Assembly: GCA_977030845.1 (NCBI GenBank)
Contig: OZ365111.1
Location: 47,988,001-48,052,000, forward strand
Origin: Fimbriosthenelais zetlandica
Lineage: Eukaryota
Length of the DNA: 64,000 nt
Direction of reading: 5' to 3'
Each line of letters begins with the position of its first letter. Within the stretch, counting starts at the first letter, position 1. A model generated the notes under the pieces. The model was not told the origin of the DNA. It did no database searches and saw nothing but the letters and a program-made list of their open reading frames with translations. The translations under genes and the position numbers were made by a program. Of this stretch, positions 39,159-51,022 are shown piece by piece.

Positions 39159-39658
39159 TTCCTTTTGTGATCAATTCAGCCAGAATATGTCTAACCATTG
39201 CTGTTGTTTTACATGTTCATACAGTAATATATATACTATAATTATACTATATATATATACTATAATATATAACTTTAATCATTTTAACTTATTGAAATAA
39301 TAGGGAAGGGGGAGGAAGGGCAGGGGCGGGACAGGTTTGTGCAACCCCCAACCCCTATGAAGGTCTGCCTTATATTTCTAAAATACAAAATTATAGTTTA
39401 CACCAGCCTATATTGTCACCCCTGACTTTAGCGACACCTTTGGCGCCTTAGTTGACTTGAGCAAACACATAATATATATTAATACCTCATATATAAACCG
39501 ATCGACTTTTAAAATTATATGAGATTTTGCTAACTTTTAATCAATCAATCACTTTTTTATATCAAAAAGATATTGTACATCTTCCTTTTGTGATCAATTC
39601 AGCCAGAATATGTCTAATCATCGCTGTCTTAATATTTTACATGTTCATACAGTAATAT
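39159..39658. repeat. About 70-bp direct repeat pair (39159-39230 and 39582-39658)
   Basis: TTCCTTTTGTGATCAATTCAGCCAGAATATGTCTAA...TTTTACATGTTCATACAGTAATAT occurs twice, 423 bp apart. Confidence 0.85.
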
Positions 39659-39686
39659 TACTATAATTCAATTTTATTCATTTCAG

Positions 39687-39960
39687 AGTGTGCCCAAAGA
39701 CAATGTTGATGGCCTGAGCTTAAAAGACTACACATGGGGCCATAGGAATAGATAGAGACTACCATTTGAATGGAGCAGATATCAATTTCTTAAACATTTA
39801 TTGTTCTAAATATTGTGGAGCTATCAGCTCGTTAGAATATAAGTGACAATGTATGGTATCATAATGAAGGTGCATGTGAGTGTAAAATTGTGGACAGAAT
39901 GGAAATGTATTCATGTATATCTTCCTATGTTATTAAAAGAAATAAACATTAAAAACAACT
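39687..39960 (+). other. Candidate terminal exon with poly(A) signal inside the CACTA element
   Basis: Acceptor ATTTTATTCATTTCAG| before 39687. AATAAA at 39941-39946 sits just upstream of the right subterminal array. Confidence 0.3.
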
Positions 39961-39974
39961 TTCTATTGTCTGCC

Positions 39975-40571
39975 TATATGGATCAAATCCATGTGATTTT
40001 GACCACGTGAATTCCACGTGGGAGGAATCATGTGTATTTAGCTTGCATATATACCACCAAAATAACATGTGGCCAGACCACATGGATTCCACGTGATTTT
40101 GCTCACGTGATATCTATGGAGAAAGATTTATGGGAATTTAATGAAACATAGACCACCAAAATATCTCGTGATTTCCATGTGGCCAAAATCCTGAAAATCC
40201 ACGTGAATTGGACCATGTGATCTCCATGTGGTCAAGAACCTTTGGATTCCACATGATTTTGGCCACATGATTTCAACGTAGAAAAATTCACGTCTATTTG
40301 ATTTGCATATACCACCAACATTTCTCGTGATTTTCATGTGTCAAGACCACATGAACACCACGTAGGTTTGGCCACGTCATTCGAACCCAGCCAAAACACG
40401 TGGATAATATGTGGTTTTACAACGTGATTTTCACATGACTTGGCCACGTGTTTTCCATGTGACAAAATCCACGTCTATTTGATTTGCATATACCACCAAA
40501 AAGGTAACGTGATTTTCCCTTCACCAATCAACGTGTATACCACGTGATTTATACGTGCTGTGCCTGCTGGG
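39975..40571. repeat. Right subterminal CACGTG-rich array of the CACTA element (inverted relative to the left array)
   Basis: About 8 exact CACGTG by hand count. Recurrent CACCAA(A/C)A words here mirror the T(T/G)TTGGTG words of the left array. Confidence 0.85.
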
Positions 40572-43485
40572 AAGCCCTCGTCACCAATAAAGGTCCAACA
40601 TAAGGAAGGATCAAAGTTAACAGGATGAATACAGCCTTCCAGCCATATACAATAACAAAGGTGACAGTTGAGATGTGCGCAGTGTGAGGTATGGTAGATG
40701 TTTGTACAGATAGATTACCCATATTTTTTCTCTCTGACCTGTGTAGTAACACGGGTTGGGATATTCTACAGGGTGGTCTGCTGAGACTAGGGTACGGGGT
40801 CAAAGGGCATGTACAAAGGGAGGAATTATTGCGCTTCTCATACGATCTCTCAACTCTGAGTTAACATCCAACTTATAATGGCTTCAGTCTAGATTAGGCC
40901 ACATGTCACAAGAACTCTCGTAAATTGAACTATCAGGAACTATATCGAGCACAATTCAAGGAACTCTTGGAACTGTTCCAATCCATCATATTTCATTGAG
41001 AGACTGACCTTTTAAATAGCACAAAATCTAAAGATGTGTGCAACTTAAATGGATTTAATTATGAGGAATTATATCGATTATAATAATCCTTTGACCTGAG
41101 CTGTTTCAAGCAATATTGTATTAAACTCTATTCTATCACTTTAGTAATATTCTGAGTCAGAATACTTGAACTTTCGAGTTAATATAGCACAAAATATATG
41201 TAGAAATGTGTGCCACTCTTATATATAAGCAGGTGAAGTAGAGCTAGAGCAGCCCCACCTGAAGGGCAGGTAACATACTATCTTCATTAGAAAAATCGAT
41301 GGATGAATAAGCCAGCTTGATAGAGCTACACCGGACGATAATAGGTGGAAAATCTCAATCGATCATTATGAATCAAACGCTAAAACACAGACACGTGACT
41401 GAACCATCAGGGTGGAGCATTTTTCCTCTGAATCAACCCATACCCACTCCCCCCCACTTTTTACAAACGTTTAAATCACGACTTTTTGCTAATTACATGC
41501 TTTCAGTAGGCTCCGAAAGAGGGCATAACAATCCCAACATTGGCTGCCCCGAAGAGTTCATGCGAGGCAACAATTAAAAACTCAAGTCATACGGCTGTAG
41601 CTGGGCGTTGCTGACATGTTTAGAGATAAATAACAATTATGGCTGGTATGGCCGGCTAACCAGGCCCTACTTCCTTGTGTGTCAGGTGACCTCGCATTGC
41701 ATGATGGGCAAATCGCTCATGAGCGATAATAGGAGAGGTTTACCGTACACGCCGCAAACGCCTGTTTGTGTGGGGACCAGTGATTAGAACACTGGCACCT
41801 GGCCAGTCCCCCGGCCACTAATGTCTATACCACGTGACCATCTGAGAGCTGTTACTGACCCTACTGCTTGTTAGCTACAATTGTTACCTGAAGAAGACAA
41901 GAGTCTGTGAGCTCTCAATGAGTCAGTAGCTTCATCGTCTGACCTCCATGACGGGTCAGGGCAGATCAGCAGTGTTAGGGATGATGCTAGTCATTGTGAG
42001 AAAGCAATGCATCTTTTCTTCCCATAATTATTTAATAATTTTTACGATTATGCTGTGACTCCACTGCTGCGATTTAGCCTGCTACAAAGGTGATGTCTGT
42101 GTCGCAATAATAGTCATATGCTGTGTTTTTAAATATGCGGATATTTTAAAGATTTTTATGTACAGATATTAAATTTATGATCTTTTGAAAATAATGGAAA
42201 TAAAACATTAATATAATTACATTCATTGGGATGACGCACTGACTGACACATACCATTGTCATGCTAATGGGAAAAACTCACCTTTATCATGACTAAGTCT
42301 TTTACCTCCAATCTCAAATCAACCACTCGGACCCCCACCCATTCCCCACCCCCAACCTGCCCACCTCGAGTCCCAGAATTACCCTCCCCACTACCACCTC
42401 CTGTGAATCACAGTGGTAATTAGCATGTTGGCATGATCGCCAATAGGCCGAGAGGGGATGACTTAAAGCCTTGATATCATTATTGATAATTTGTGGGGAA
42501 TTTTCATAAATTTGTGGTTTATGTCGACACGTGCATTGGTTGATGCATTGTTATCGTTTCATTAGCCAATTAAGCAGGGATTTGTCCCATAATATCAACC
42601 GTTTTGTTAGGTCTTCTCTTAATAATTTAACAAAGTAGAATAACCTAGTTTAGTACATGTATAAAGGAATAAATAAAACACCTAATAATTCAAAAACCAT
42701 GGAATATAATGAAAACAACTTGGCAGAATAAAAGCTATTGGATCGTTATTAGATTTTATCTTCCAAGCTCCAAGCTTGAAGGTATTTTTACATCTCAGTT
42801 TCTTGAACGCATCACGCGAAATAAACAAACGTGAACACACTTCTGGAGAAGTCGATCATATGCAGGCGTCATAAAACAAAGGCGGTGTGAGGAAAAGCTA
42901 CTATATATGACAGCCACCATGCAGTCATGAGTGACTGCTTGGCAAAGACTACAACAGGACAAAAACATTCAAAGCCACTTTCCATTGTTTTAGAATTGAT
43001 TGGTTCGGAGATATTGGATTTTGAATGCAAAATAATCTGAACATAAAAGAGCAAAACATCCTCCAGGGAGCTATATATCTTATACACTACATGTATTTGA
43101 ATCATCCTTTATATCATTGCCTGGGTGTATGGTAAAATGTCATGAACTACTCACGAATCCTGGAACTCTACCTGCGAGTAGTATACTGGTAATACATTTT
43201 CGAGGCAATTTTCTTTTACGAAATAGCTTTCAAAAACAAAGTGGGATGAGGATTTTAACTTGAAAGAAATCTATGGTTTAGAAAAGGAAACACTCATTTA
43301 CACTATCATAGGACACATTTAAAGGGATAGATTTAAACCCTTTGTTCGCACCTGGTCAGGTAAAATAGTAATTGGACACCTTTGACCAGTGACTATGACC
43401 ACCTAGTGATACCTTTAACCTGACAGGTGGTGGCAGATCTGTCAAGCAGACTATAGGTGGTACACAGGCCCCCCCCCAGGTGAGA

Positions 43486-43576
43486 GGATTACCGTGTCAC
43501 CCACCCAGAGATCTCTATATCTCTAGCCCCTAATCCCTCCATAGATCGCTTATAATCTTATCACGCACCCTAATCA
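43486..43576. promoter_or_regulatory. Cluster of TAATCN (K50 homeodomain, Otx/Pitx-type) sites
   Basis: GGATTA 43486, TAATCC 43531, TAATCT 43553, TAATCA 43571. CAGGTG boxes lie just upstream at about 43424 and 43478. Confidence 0.25.
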
Positions 43577-44172
43577 CCTTAAGGTGTGATCACTCGCAAG
43601 GTGATCGTCTCTATAGCCCTGGCCAAGGTCAGGTACAGGAGGGCATGGATTGCCTGTCCCCTCAATCTGATCCATAAGCCTTGGATCTGATCTGTGCATG
43701 ATGTTCTATATATCCCATTGACACTTGCCATTGTAATCTTCATATAGAACTGAGATAGGGCCTTCCCATAGGAAAAAAACAATGTTTTTATGCCTAAAGC
43801 CTACCTGGCCAAGCATGCAAAGGCATCGGCATCACCTACCATTCAGCAGTGATTTCATTTAGAAGAGTTTGACCTTGCTCATTAAATGTAACAATAAGGA
43901 AATCTCCATGTGACTATGATGCTGATTATAACACAATTATAAGCCAATAAAAGATAGGACTTGTGACACCATCATCTTTTGTGCACGAACATAACCTGAA
44001 GGCACGATATTAGCCGGTCAAATCGCTCTGCCCACAAAAGGTGCATGATTTAATGCTGGAAATTAACAGCTATGACACGGCACGAGTAAAACAGCAGGGG
44101 GAATTAAAGTCGTAATCGGCGTGCAGACAAAATGGTGCCCGACCAAAAACTCACTGCTGTATGTACACAAAA

Positions 44173-44219
44173 CACGTGACGTCGCGTCATTGTGGACGAC
44201 GTCACACAGTTTGACGTCA
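44173..44219. promoter_or_regulatory. CRE/E-box cluster
   Basis: CACGTG 44173-44178 overlapping TGACGTCG 44177-44184, GACGTCA 44198-44204 and a perfect TGACGTCA 44212-44219. Confidence 0.35.
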
Positions 44220-45363
44220 GCAGAAAGATAGGAATCATCCCCCAGCATAATGAGCGATAATTGGGGAGAAAGCTTCCTGAGAGACTCGGGTTAGATAGCG
44301 TGTTGTTGTGGGGTGATGATTGCTTGAGGCGGGGGTTAGATGTGTGTGGGAGTGTGTTGGGGGTTGCAGAAGGGGAGCTAACCATAGCTAACCCCCTTAA
44401 CTTGTGGGTACAACACTTGGCCATTGTTTAACTATTGTTCTTGACTGTCTGGCATATGGTGTTTGAGTTGTTTTGTTTACCCCCACTTTCTCCCATGATG
44501 CCATCAGTTAGGGGTTGACAGAAGCAGTGGTAACCTCATCTTCATTAATGTAATAACGGCCATAATTGTCCAACAACCCCGGTCACACAGCTCCATTACA
44601 TATTCAAATTATGCCAAGACATTATCCAATTTAGAATAATGAGATAGTTGGAACACGGGAGGGAATGGGATTTAAAGTTGGGATCCTGGGCAGTGAATGA
44701 CAAGGGCGATGGATTTTGACAGTATAAAGATAGTCGATCATTTGGCTTTGGTTTCGAATGCATATTTTCCTCCCCGTCCTCCCCAAAACACATGATAAAA
44801 TTTTAGATAATCACGGCCGAGTAATAAGATTTGAAATCATAATTATCATCTATTAAGTTGTGTTTGGCCCCATTCCAAATTTGCATATTAATATTCTACC
44901 TAGGTATAAAGCAATTAATAATATGGAAATTGGAAAAGAACTGCACAAAGAAAGCATAGATTTACTCATTTAGGCAGAAGAATAGAGAAAGTCAAGGAAA
45001 TAAAAGCGTTATTCAACACAAGATGATGGGTTTGGCCGGAAATGACATGGAAAAGATTCGTAATTTGCACTTGCACAGGGTTTTTGTTAAGATTTAGAGT
45101 AGACGATTTATTGAACGAAGTAGGCGGGCCCCGAACTCGAAATTTAGACGATGCCTGCGAGCGCCGAAGGTGTGAAGCCCTTCACCGCTAGGGGTTTTAT
45201 CCCCTGCATAAATTGGACTGTTAACTAAATATTCATGAGCCCAAAACACAGTTAACGAAACATATATTGATGTATTTTATACCAGATATTTTTTTCAGTT
45301 CTTTTGGGTTAGCACCACAGAACGAGATAGCCTATTGCTTTAATTGTCCAGGCAATTAATTAT

Positions 45364-46160
45364 CAGGGCCGTAGCCAGGATTTTTTCGAGGGGGGCTGGC
45401 GAGTGCGGAAGGGGGTAAATGATAGCGCCGTAGGCACCCACCGGGGGGTAAAAAAAAAAATTGAAATCTAGAAACCCGGAGATGCGATTTTCCGGCACCT
45501 GGGACAGAAAATGACTGATGCTTGTGAACTCGCCTAGCGGGGGTTTACTAGGTATTTGAACATAGAGACATAGGCTTAATTGAAATGACCGAAAAAAGTA
45601 GGCCTAGCCTAGGTAGGCCTATTGGTGGCATGATACCTCAATGAGACAGCACTATAGAATAGGCCTAGCATTGGGCTCACTGACAAATAGGCACCGTCAT
45701 GATATAGCCTAACTGAAAAAAAAAAATGAAATCTAGAAGCCCGGAGATTTCCCAGCACCTGGGCAGAAAATGACTGATGCCTGTGAACTCGCCTAGCGGG
45801 GTTTTACTAGTTATTTGAACATAGAGGCATAAATTGAAATGACCAGCAATAGTAGGCCTAGCCCTAGGTAGGCCTATTGCAGGGGTCCAGCCAGACTCCC
45901 TAAGCAGGGCGACCTATACTATAAATCCATGGTTTTCTCAAATCAATCTATGTTCTATAGGCCTAGGCCTATTTTTGATATTTCAAAATAGATTAGAGTA
46001 ACGCACTATGTCAGTAGGCCTAAACTTAGCAAAAGAATCTAAACTGGGAAAAGAATCGGAAAATCGCCTGCATGGGGTGCCGCCTTAGGAGCCTAGGCCT
46101 ACTGGGGGCCAGTGACAGAACCCTTTGTGGGGGCCCAGGGGGCGAAGCCCCCGGAAGCTC
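45364..46160 (+). mobile_element. Nested, probably truncated CAGGG-family element related to the 13412 element
   Basis: It starts CAGGGCCGTAGCCAGGATTTTTT, versus CAGGGCTGTATGCAGGATTTTTT at 13412 (3 differences in 23). GGGGGCCCAGGGGGCGAAGCCCCCGGAAGCT lies at about 46128-46159. No matching right end was found, so the end coordinate is approximate. Confidence 0.5.
45449..45879. repeat. Duplicated unit of about 165-175 bp (period about 265 bp)
   Basis: Poly-A then TGAAATCTAGA...CAGAAAATGACTGATGC.TGTGAACTCGCCTAGCGGGG...TAGGCCTATTG, starting at 45462 and again at 45727. Confidence 0.85.
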
Positions 46161-49100
46161 ATGGCTTCAGCTTCTGGAAGGATTTTTAAGAGCATTTCTG
46201 GACACTTTTCTCTGTCAACCCCTATGAAAAAAAATTTCTGACGTATATGTAGTAACCCAGAGAGGGGCAGAAAATCAAGGGGGAGGGGAGGAGCATTGCC
46301 GGGTAAGAGAATGAGATGGAAGCTCTGCAGTAAGTGCCATTACCTTAGCTTTATTATGGTATCAAAGATAACAATCTAGGCTACATTTAGAAGAACAACA
46401 ATTTAGTGGCCGAAAATGAAAACACAAACTTGAAAACAACATTAAAATGACCTGTAGACTTTGAAATTTCAAGATAGGTGATAATTATGGTTAGGGCAGT
46501 ATTATTGGGAAAATGTCTCGGTTGAAAAACATTTTTGATGCTGACAGAGTAGCCGAGTCCAATGACTAAAGTAGGCGAGGAATATTCCTCGGGTCCCGGC
46601 TTCTAACACAAACCCTGCTTTTATATATTGTTCTATGATTTATAGCTGATATGCCTCACCCACTTGCTGCTTTAACTGCCACATCAAATGGCCATGAAAA
46701 CGGCAGCATTTATTCGGTGCACGACACATCCAATTTAGAAAACTACTCAACGTGAGCAAATGCAAAAGTCACTAATGAAGATGGCTCAATGATGGCGGAT
46801 CGACTGGGTATCTTCATTATGACTTATTCATTCAGGCGAACTGTTAGTCTTTTTGTGGTCGACAAAATGCCAGCCTCGGCGCTCGGGGATGTGAAATGGA
46901 AAGGCGGCGGGCAAAGTCCAAAGTTAAGCATCATTTGACATGCAAACAGGCCCGAGAGGCCATACCTGGCAAAATATCTATTAAAACATTAATTATTCAA
47001 CAAACATAGGAACTGATTGGAAGGGTAAATGGGAGGCTTTTTGTTCGCTGCCTCCATTTTCCTGATAGGTAACACGGGGCTTCAGGTGAAAGAGCCACCA
47101 CCGACGTTATCGCAATTGTTCCCGACTTTCTGCTCTCTCCCACAATGCACTTGGCCATATGTTTTACTTTTGGAACTCTCCAAAGAGGAGCGTCGGAAAG
47201 TCATTTGGCTGATCACTCTGGATTACAATGGCACAGCCCTTAGAGCTTTAATATTGCATCCATAGATACCGAGAACGCCGCTCGGAAACATGGGCCCAAT
47301 CCATCAGGAGGACGAGGGACAAAAGTAGGAAGTGAAAAGGTGCATTTTAGATTGCAATTTGTGGACTTGTTCTTGGAGAGGCTTCAATTTTGCAATGAGG
47401 ATGGAGCAAAAGGCCATGCCATAAAAGTATCCCAACCATATGATGCTCTCATAAATAACCTAAACAAAATGTTTTGAAATATTAAAAAAATTAAAAATAC
47501 AAATTCTTAACTCGATCTATACTTCCTCAACTTGGACTTTTAAAAGCTTTACAGACAAAAACAGATCAATATCACGGCGGATATCAATCGATGTGTAAGA
47601 TAGAGATGAAATGGTCCAATCGATCATCATTTTCATATAAATAACCCACAAATATGAATTAATTACTAAAGGTAAAATCAATAGAGTCCTTCCCAGCAAG
47701 CAGAGCAACCTTTAACTACATCTGCTGATTCACTTAATAGGCCCCCCTTCCTCTTATGGAGCCCCAGCGTCGATCGATAGCAGAAGGTAAAATATGGGAC
47801 TGCAGGTGCAAATCTTTGATTCCAATCTTCTACCTAAATCATCTAGCCAGGCAATGTGATCTGCCAACAGACGCGATCAGGTAGAGCAGATTAAGAGCAA
47901 CTCAGGGCAGGAATCACATTAAATCACCGCAAACAATGCTGCATCAGAAGATAACTCCATTTAGATATTGAACTGCTGCAGGGGAAACATGCGAAACTAA
48001 TGTCTGAGGGAGAACTGATCGATAAACTTTCTAATCAAGCATGATGATGCGGGCCCGAGGGGCGGGAACCCGGCCTGGCACGGCTTCTTGTCGCTGTCAG
48101 CCTTACTCACCATTCCTTCCAGGCATCATTTACTCCCTCCAGATCTCCAAATCCACCATAATCCATGCAGGAACTTTCTAAATCATGTCTTTTCTTCAAT
48201 GTTCAGACAACAAATCAAAGCTACAGCTCCAAGTGAGAGACTATAAAACATTATACAATCATAGGTCAAAGCATTGTTGTATAATGCCTTCTGTACTAAT
48301 TTAAATGCTGCAGCCACTACTCATCAAATCAAGTAGTAAGCATTTCAGACTCGCTTCCTTCAAATTATGTTTTGCTTTTGATAAGCAATTTCCATCTACT
48401 ACATAATTTCTTAGCTCTTTTCCCACTTCCATGCTTCTGTGTGTAACGGAGCACCAACTATACCCCAAAAGAGAAGCATACACATGCAACTCCCAACTCC
48501 AATACCTTCACATAAGGACCAAAATAGCGACCAACAGAAAGAAGGTGCGACAACAACTGACTTCAGACTATAAGTCAAGTCATGTTACTTCAACTTCTCT
48601 CACCTTTATCAGATGTGGCTGTCTGGACAGAAAGAGCACCCCACTAAAAAAAGAGTAGGAAGAACGACCGGGTGAATTTTTCACATAATGACATTGCATG
48701 TTGTACGACAGATGCATCTTTCCTGGTGGCCACCTTTGCTTGACTAAGGTCAAGCACAACAATTGCATCCATGAAACATTCGGTTGAAAGGTGGCTTCAA
48801 GACGTCCCTCTTTCGTGTGGCACCTGCACGTGCATAAAAATCCCCCTCGCGGGTTCAGTTTTTACCCAAGAACTTCTACTCTCTATTACATTTTATGTAT
48901 AAAGAAGGTGACACTTTGATTGATATTTCTATTATTCCACCCCTCTTCTCAGACTCCCTCCTCAGTGATGGCTTTATGGTTATGCTTGTTATGAATAATT
49001 TATTATCTTCGCATGTTATCGACCATGTCAATTGGGGTCCCAAGCCTGTATTTTGCATTCATGATTCCAACGGTTCTACATGCTGATAATAATATACATG

Positions 49101-49390
49101 TCAATGATAATTTACATGCCAATGAAAATACATGTCACCGGCCCAAACTGTTATTATAGCATTAATGCATTCATAATAGGTAACTTCGCTATCTAGAATT
49201 AAGAAGTGCATATTTGCGTATAGATATATTCGCTGACAAGTGCATCCGTTTGGTATAATGAACTTTTGAATGCTAGTTATTGCACCTGTTGTTAAGAAAA
49301 GGTGTGCCATGTCAGTGTATCCCACCTGTTTGTGATTAAGCCAACTGTGCTGCGTATCTAAACTATGCATTGATATCATATTTGCAATCA

Positions 49391-49484
49391 TTAAAGGGAC
49401 TATATATAGGGATGAAAACAGCTTTCCATGAACAAAAATAGACACAAAATATTAGCAATAACCCAGGATAGTCATTCCCTTTAA
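49391..49484. mobile_element. Possible 94-bp Kolobok-like miniature element
   Basis: TTAAAGGGA at 49391 and TCCCTTTAA ending at 49484, with GACTAT/ATAGTC just inside. TTAA ends with AGG/CCT termini fit Kolobok-type MITEs, but the match is short. Confidence 0.3.
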
Positions 49485-50045
49485 ATTTTAATCATAGAAA
49501 TCGAAACCAGACAAATTACATACTGCACATATAAACAAAGTTGGATTAGTTGCTGAAACGTGTAGGAGCCTTCGGGTATCTATTCCCATACTATTGGCAC
49601 TATCAGTGACTTGGATCTTTCTTGCCAAGGCGCCTAACAGCACGGCTTATCAGCAATAGGCCCGAACAGGCGGAAGGGACGGGCGAGAGATGGCCAATCA
49701 TGGTTCATCTTCCTGATCACGCTTTTCCAATTCCACACCCGATCTTGTTCTTTGCTCGAGGCTACATCGCCTGGAAACATTCTCCCTCCAATCAGCGAGC
49801 AAGTTATACTAAACAACAGGCTTTTAATGCGCCTGCGCACCGGAAAGGCGGCTGGTACGGCCAAGGACAAGAGGGCGCTGTTTTCTGTGATAATTACCCG
49901 CGCTTTAGTTAAAATGCCCACCGCTAGGTGGAACTAATGACTCCCTCGACAGCAGCGCCCATATAATTGTCCCTTACCCCTACGGTTTAGTTATCAACTC
50001 TTTTGTTTTCCTACATGAGCATTTCCAATCTGCTTTCCCGCGAGG

Positions 50046-51022
50046 TAAATTGTGTTTGGATACTTTTGAAATTATACTCGAGTGAGCTGGCGGTGGGTGG
50101 GGTGGTAAGGGGAGGAGGCTGGGGATGATGGGGATAGGTTTGAATGATCGCCACGGCTCTCTTAATTTATGATCCCTGTTTCTATAGGGGTAGCTAGAGA
50201 TGATCAATTAGATATTGACTTCAGACTGTCGGATAATTTAGTCGCGCTAGCACAGGCGGATGTCTTAATGGCCTGGAGTCATTAAAACGTGGCATATTGA
50301 ATTGGAACCGTTTATTGTTGCGGGCTTCTATGGGCCACTTCCCTATAGGATGGCGGCAGGGGGGGGGGGTGTCTGTTGCCTCTATGGGGTTTATGAATTC
50401 ATTTATGGTCCAGGGAATTCATCTTCCAAATGTGAATTCGTATTAAGGCGTGAGAGCGGGAGGAACAAATTGGATGTATAGAAATGACACTCGTGCTTGG
50501 TACCGTCACTTTCCCTGTCATATGTCATCAGACAAAACCTTCTCCCTGCACATATTCAGGGGGATTCAGAGAGGGATGAATTAGAGGAGTGGTAAACTAG
50601 ATTACATATCTGTAGTTAAAAGATGTTTCCAGCCGGTACTAATAGGTTGATTTCGCAAACTCAGCTATAATATTTTCTATAAACAAAACCGGGAAGTAAG
50701 AACCAAGTACCGGGTACCATATTGGAAACGTGTGCAGAACAGCACACAGTCAGACATAGAGATGAATACATTGTATTCAATCAACAGAGGAAGTAACAAA
50801 CTAATAAACGTGAGAAGGAAAGCGAGATACTGCAAACCTTCTGAATCCCACGCTTTCAACTTTATTTTTTCCCACGCCAATAAATTCAACCAGCTTTGGA
50901 ACCATGTGATAAATTGTGTTTGGATACTTTTGAAATGGTTCTCGAGTGAGCTGGTGGTGGTAGGGTAAGATGGGAGATGGTGGGGAAAGGTATGATCTTT
51001 GTTTCCATATCGGGGTATAGCT
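50046..51022. repeat. Diverged direct repeat pair (50046-50195 and 50910-51022)
   Basis: TAAATTGTGTTTGGATACTTTTGAAAT is identical in both copies, followed by CTCGAGTGAGCTGG, a G-rich tract and TATGATC..TGTTTC.ATA..GGGG..TAGCT. Confidence 0.8.

Larger units (their letters stand above)
33124..40571. mobile_element. CACTA/EnSpm (CMC)-type DNA transposon, 7,448 bp, apparently non-autonomous
   Basis: TIR CCCAGCGGGCACAGCACGT (33124-33142) / ACGTGCTGTGCCTGCTGGG (40553-40571), 18 of 19 matching. 2-bp direct repeat AA at 33122-33123 and 40572-40573. Long inverted subterminal repeat arrays at both ends. CCC-type ends, a 2-bp TSD and subterminal repeats are established traits of animal EnSpm-type elements. 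No transposase motif seen. Confidence 0.85.
45076..46617. mobile_element. Composite non-autonomous CAGGG-ended DNA element
   Basis: Imperfect TIR CAGGGTTTTTGTTA (45076) / TAACACAAACCCTG (ends 46617). AAGTAGGCG occurs near both ends, and a 16-bp palindrome lies at 46576-46591. No TSD found. Confidence 0.55.

Noticed and set aside
43341-43348. TTTGTTCG, matching the miR-375 5' end
   Set aside because: The match stops after 8 nt and there is no precursor hairpin.
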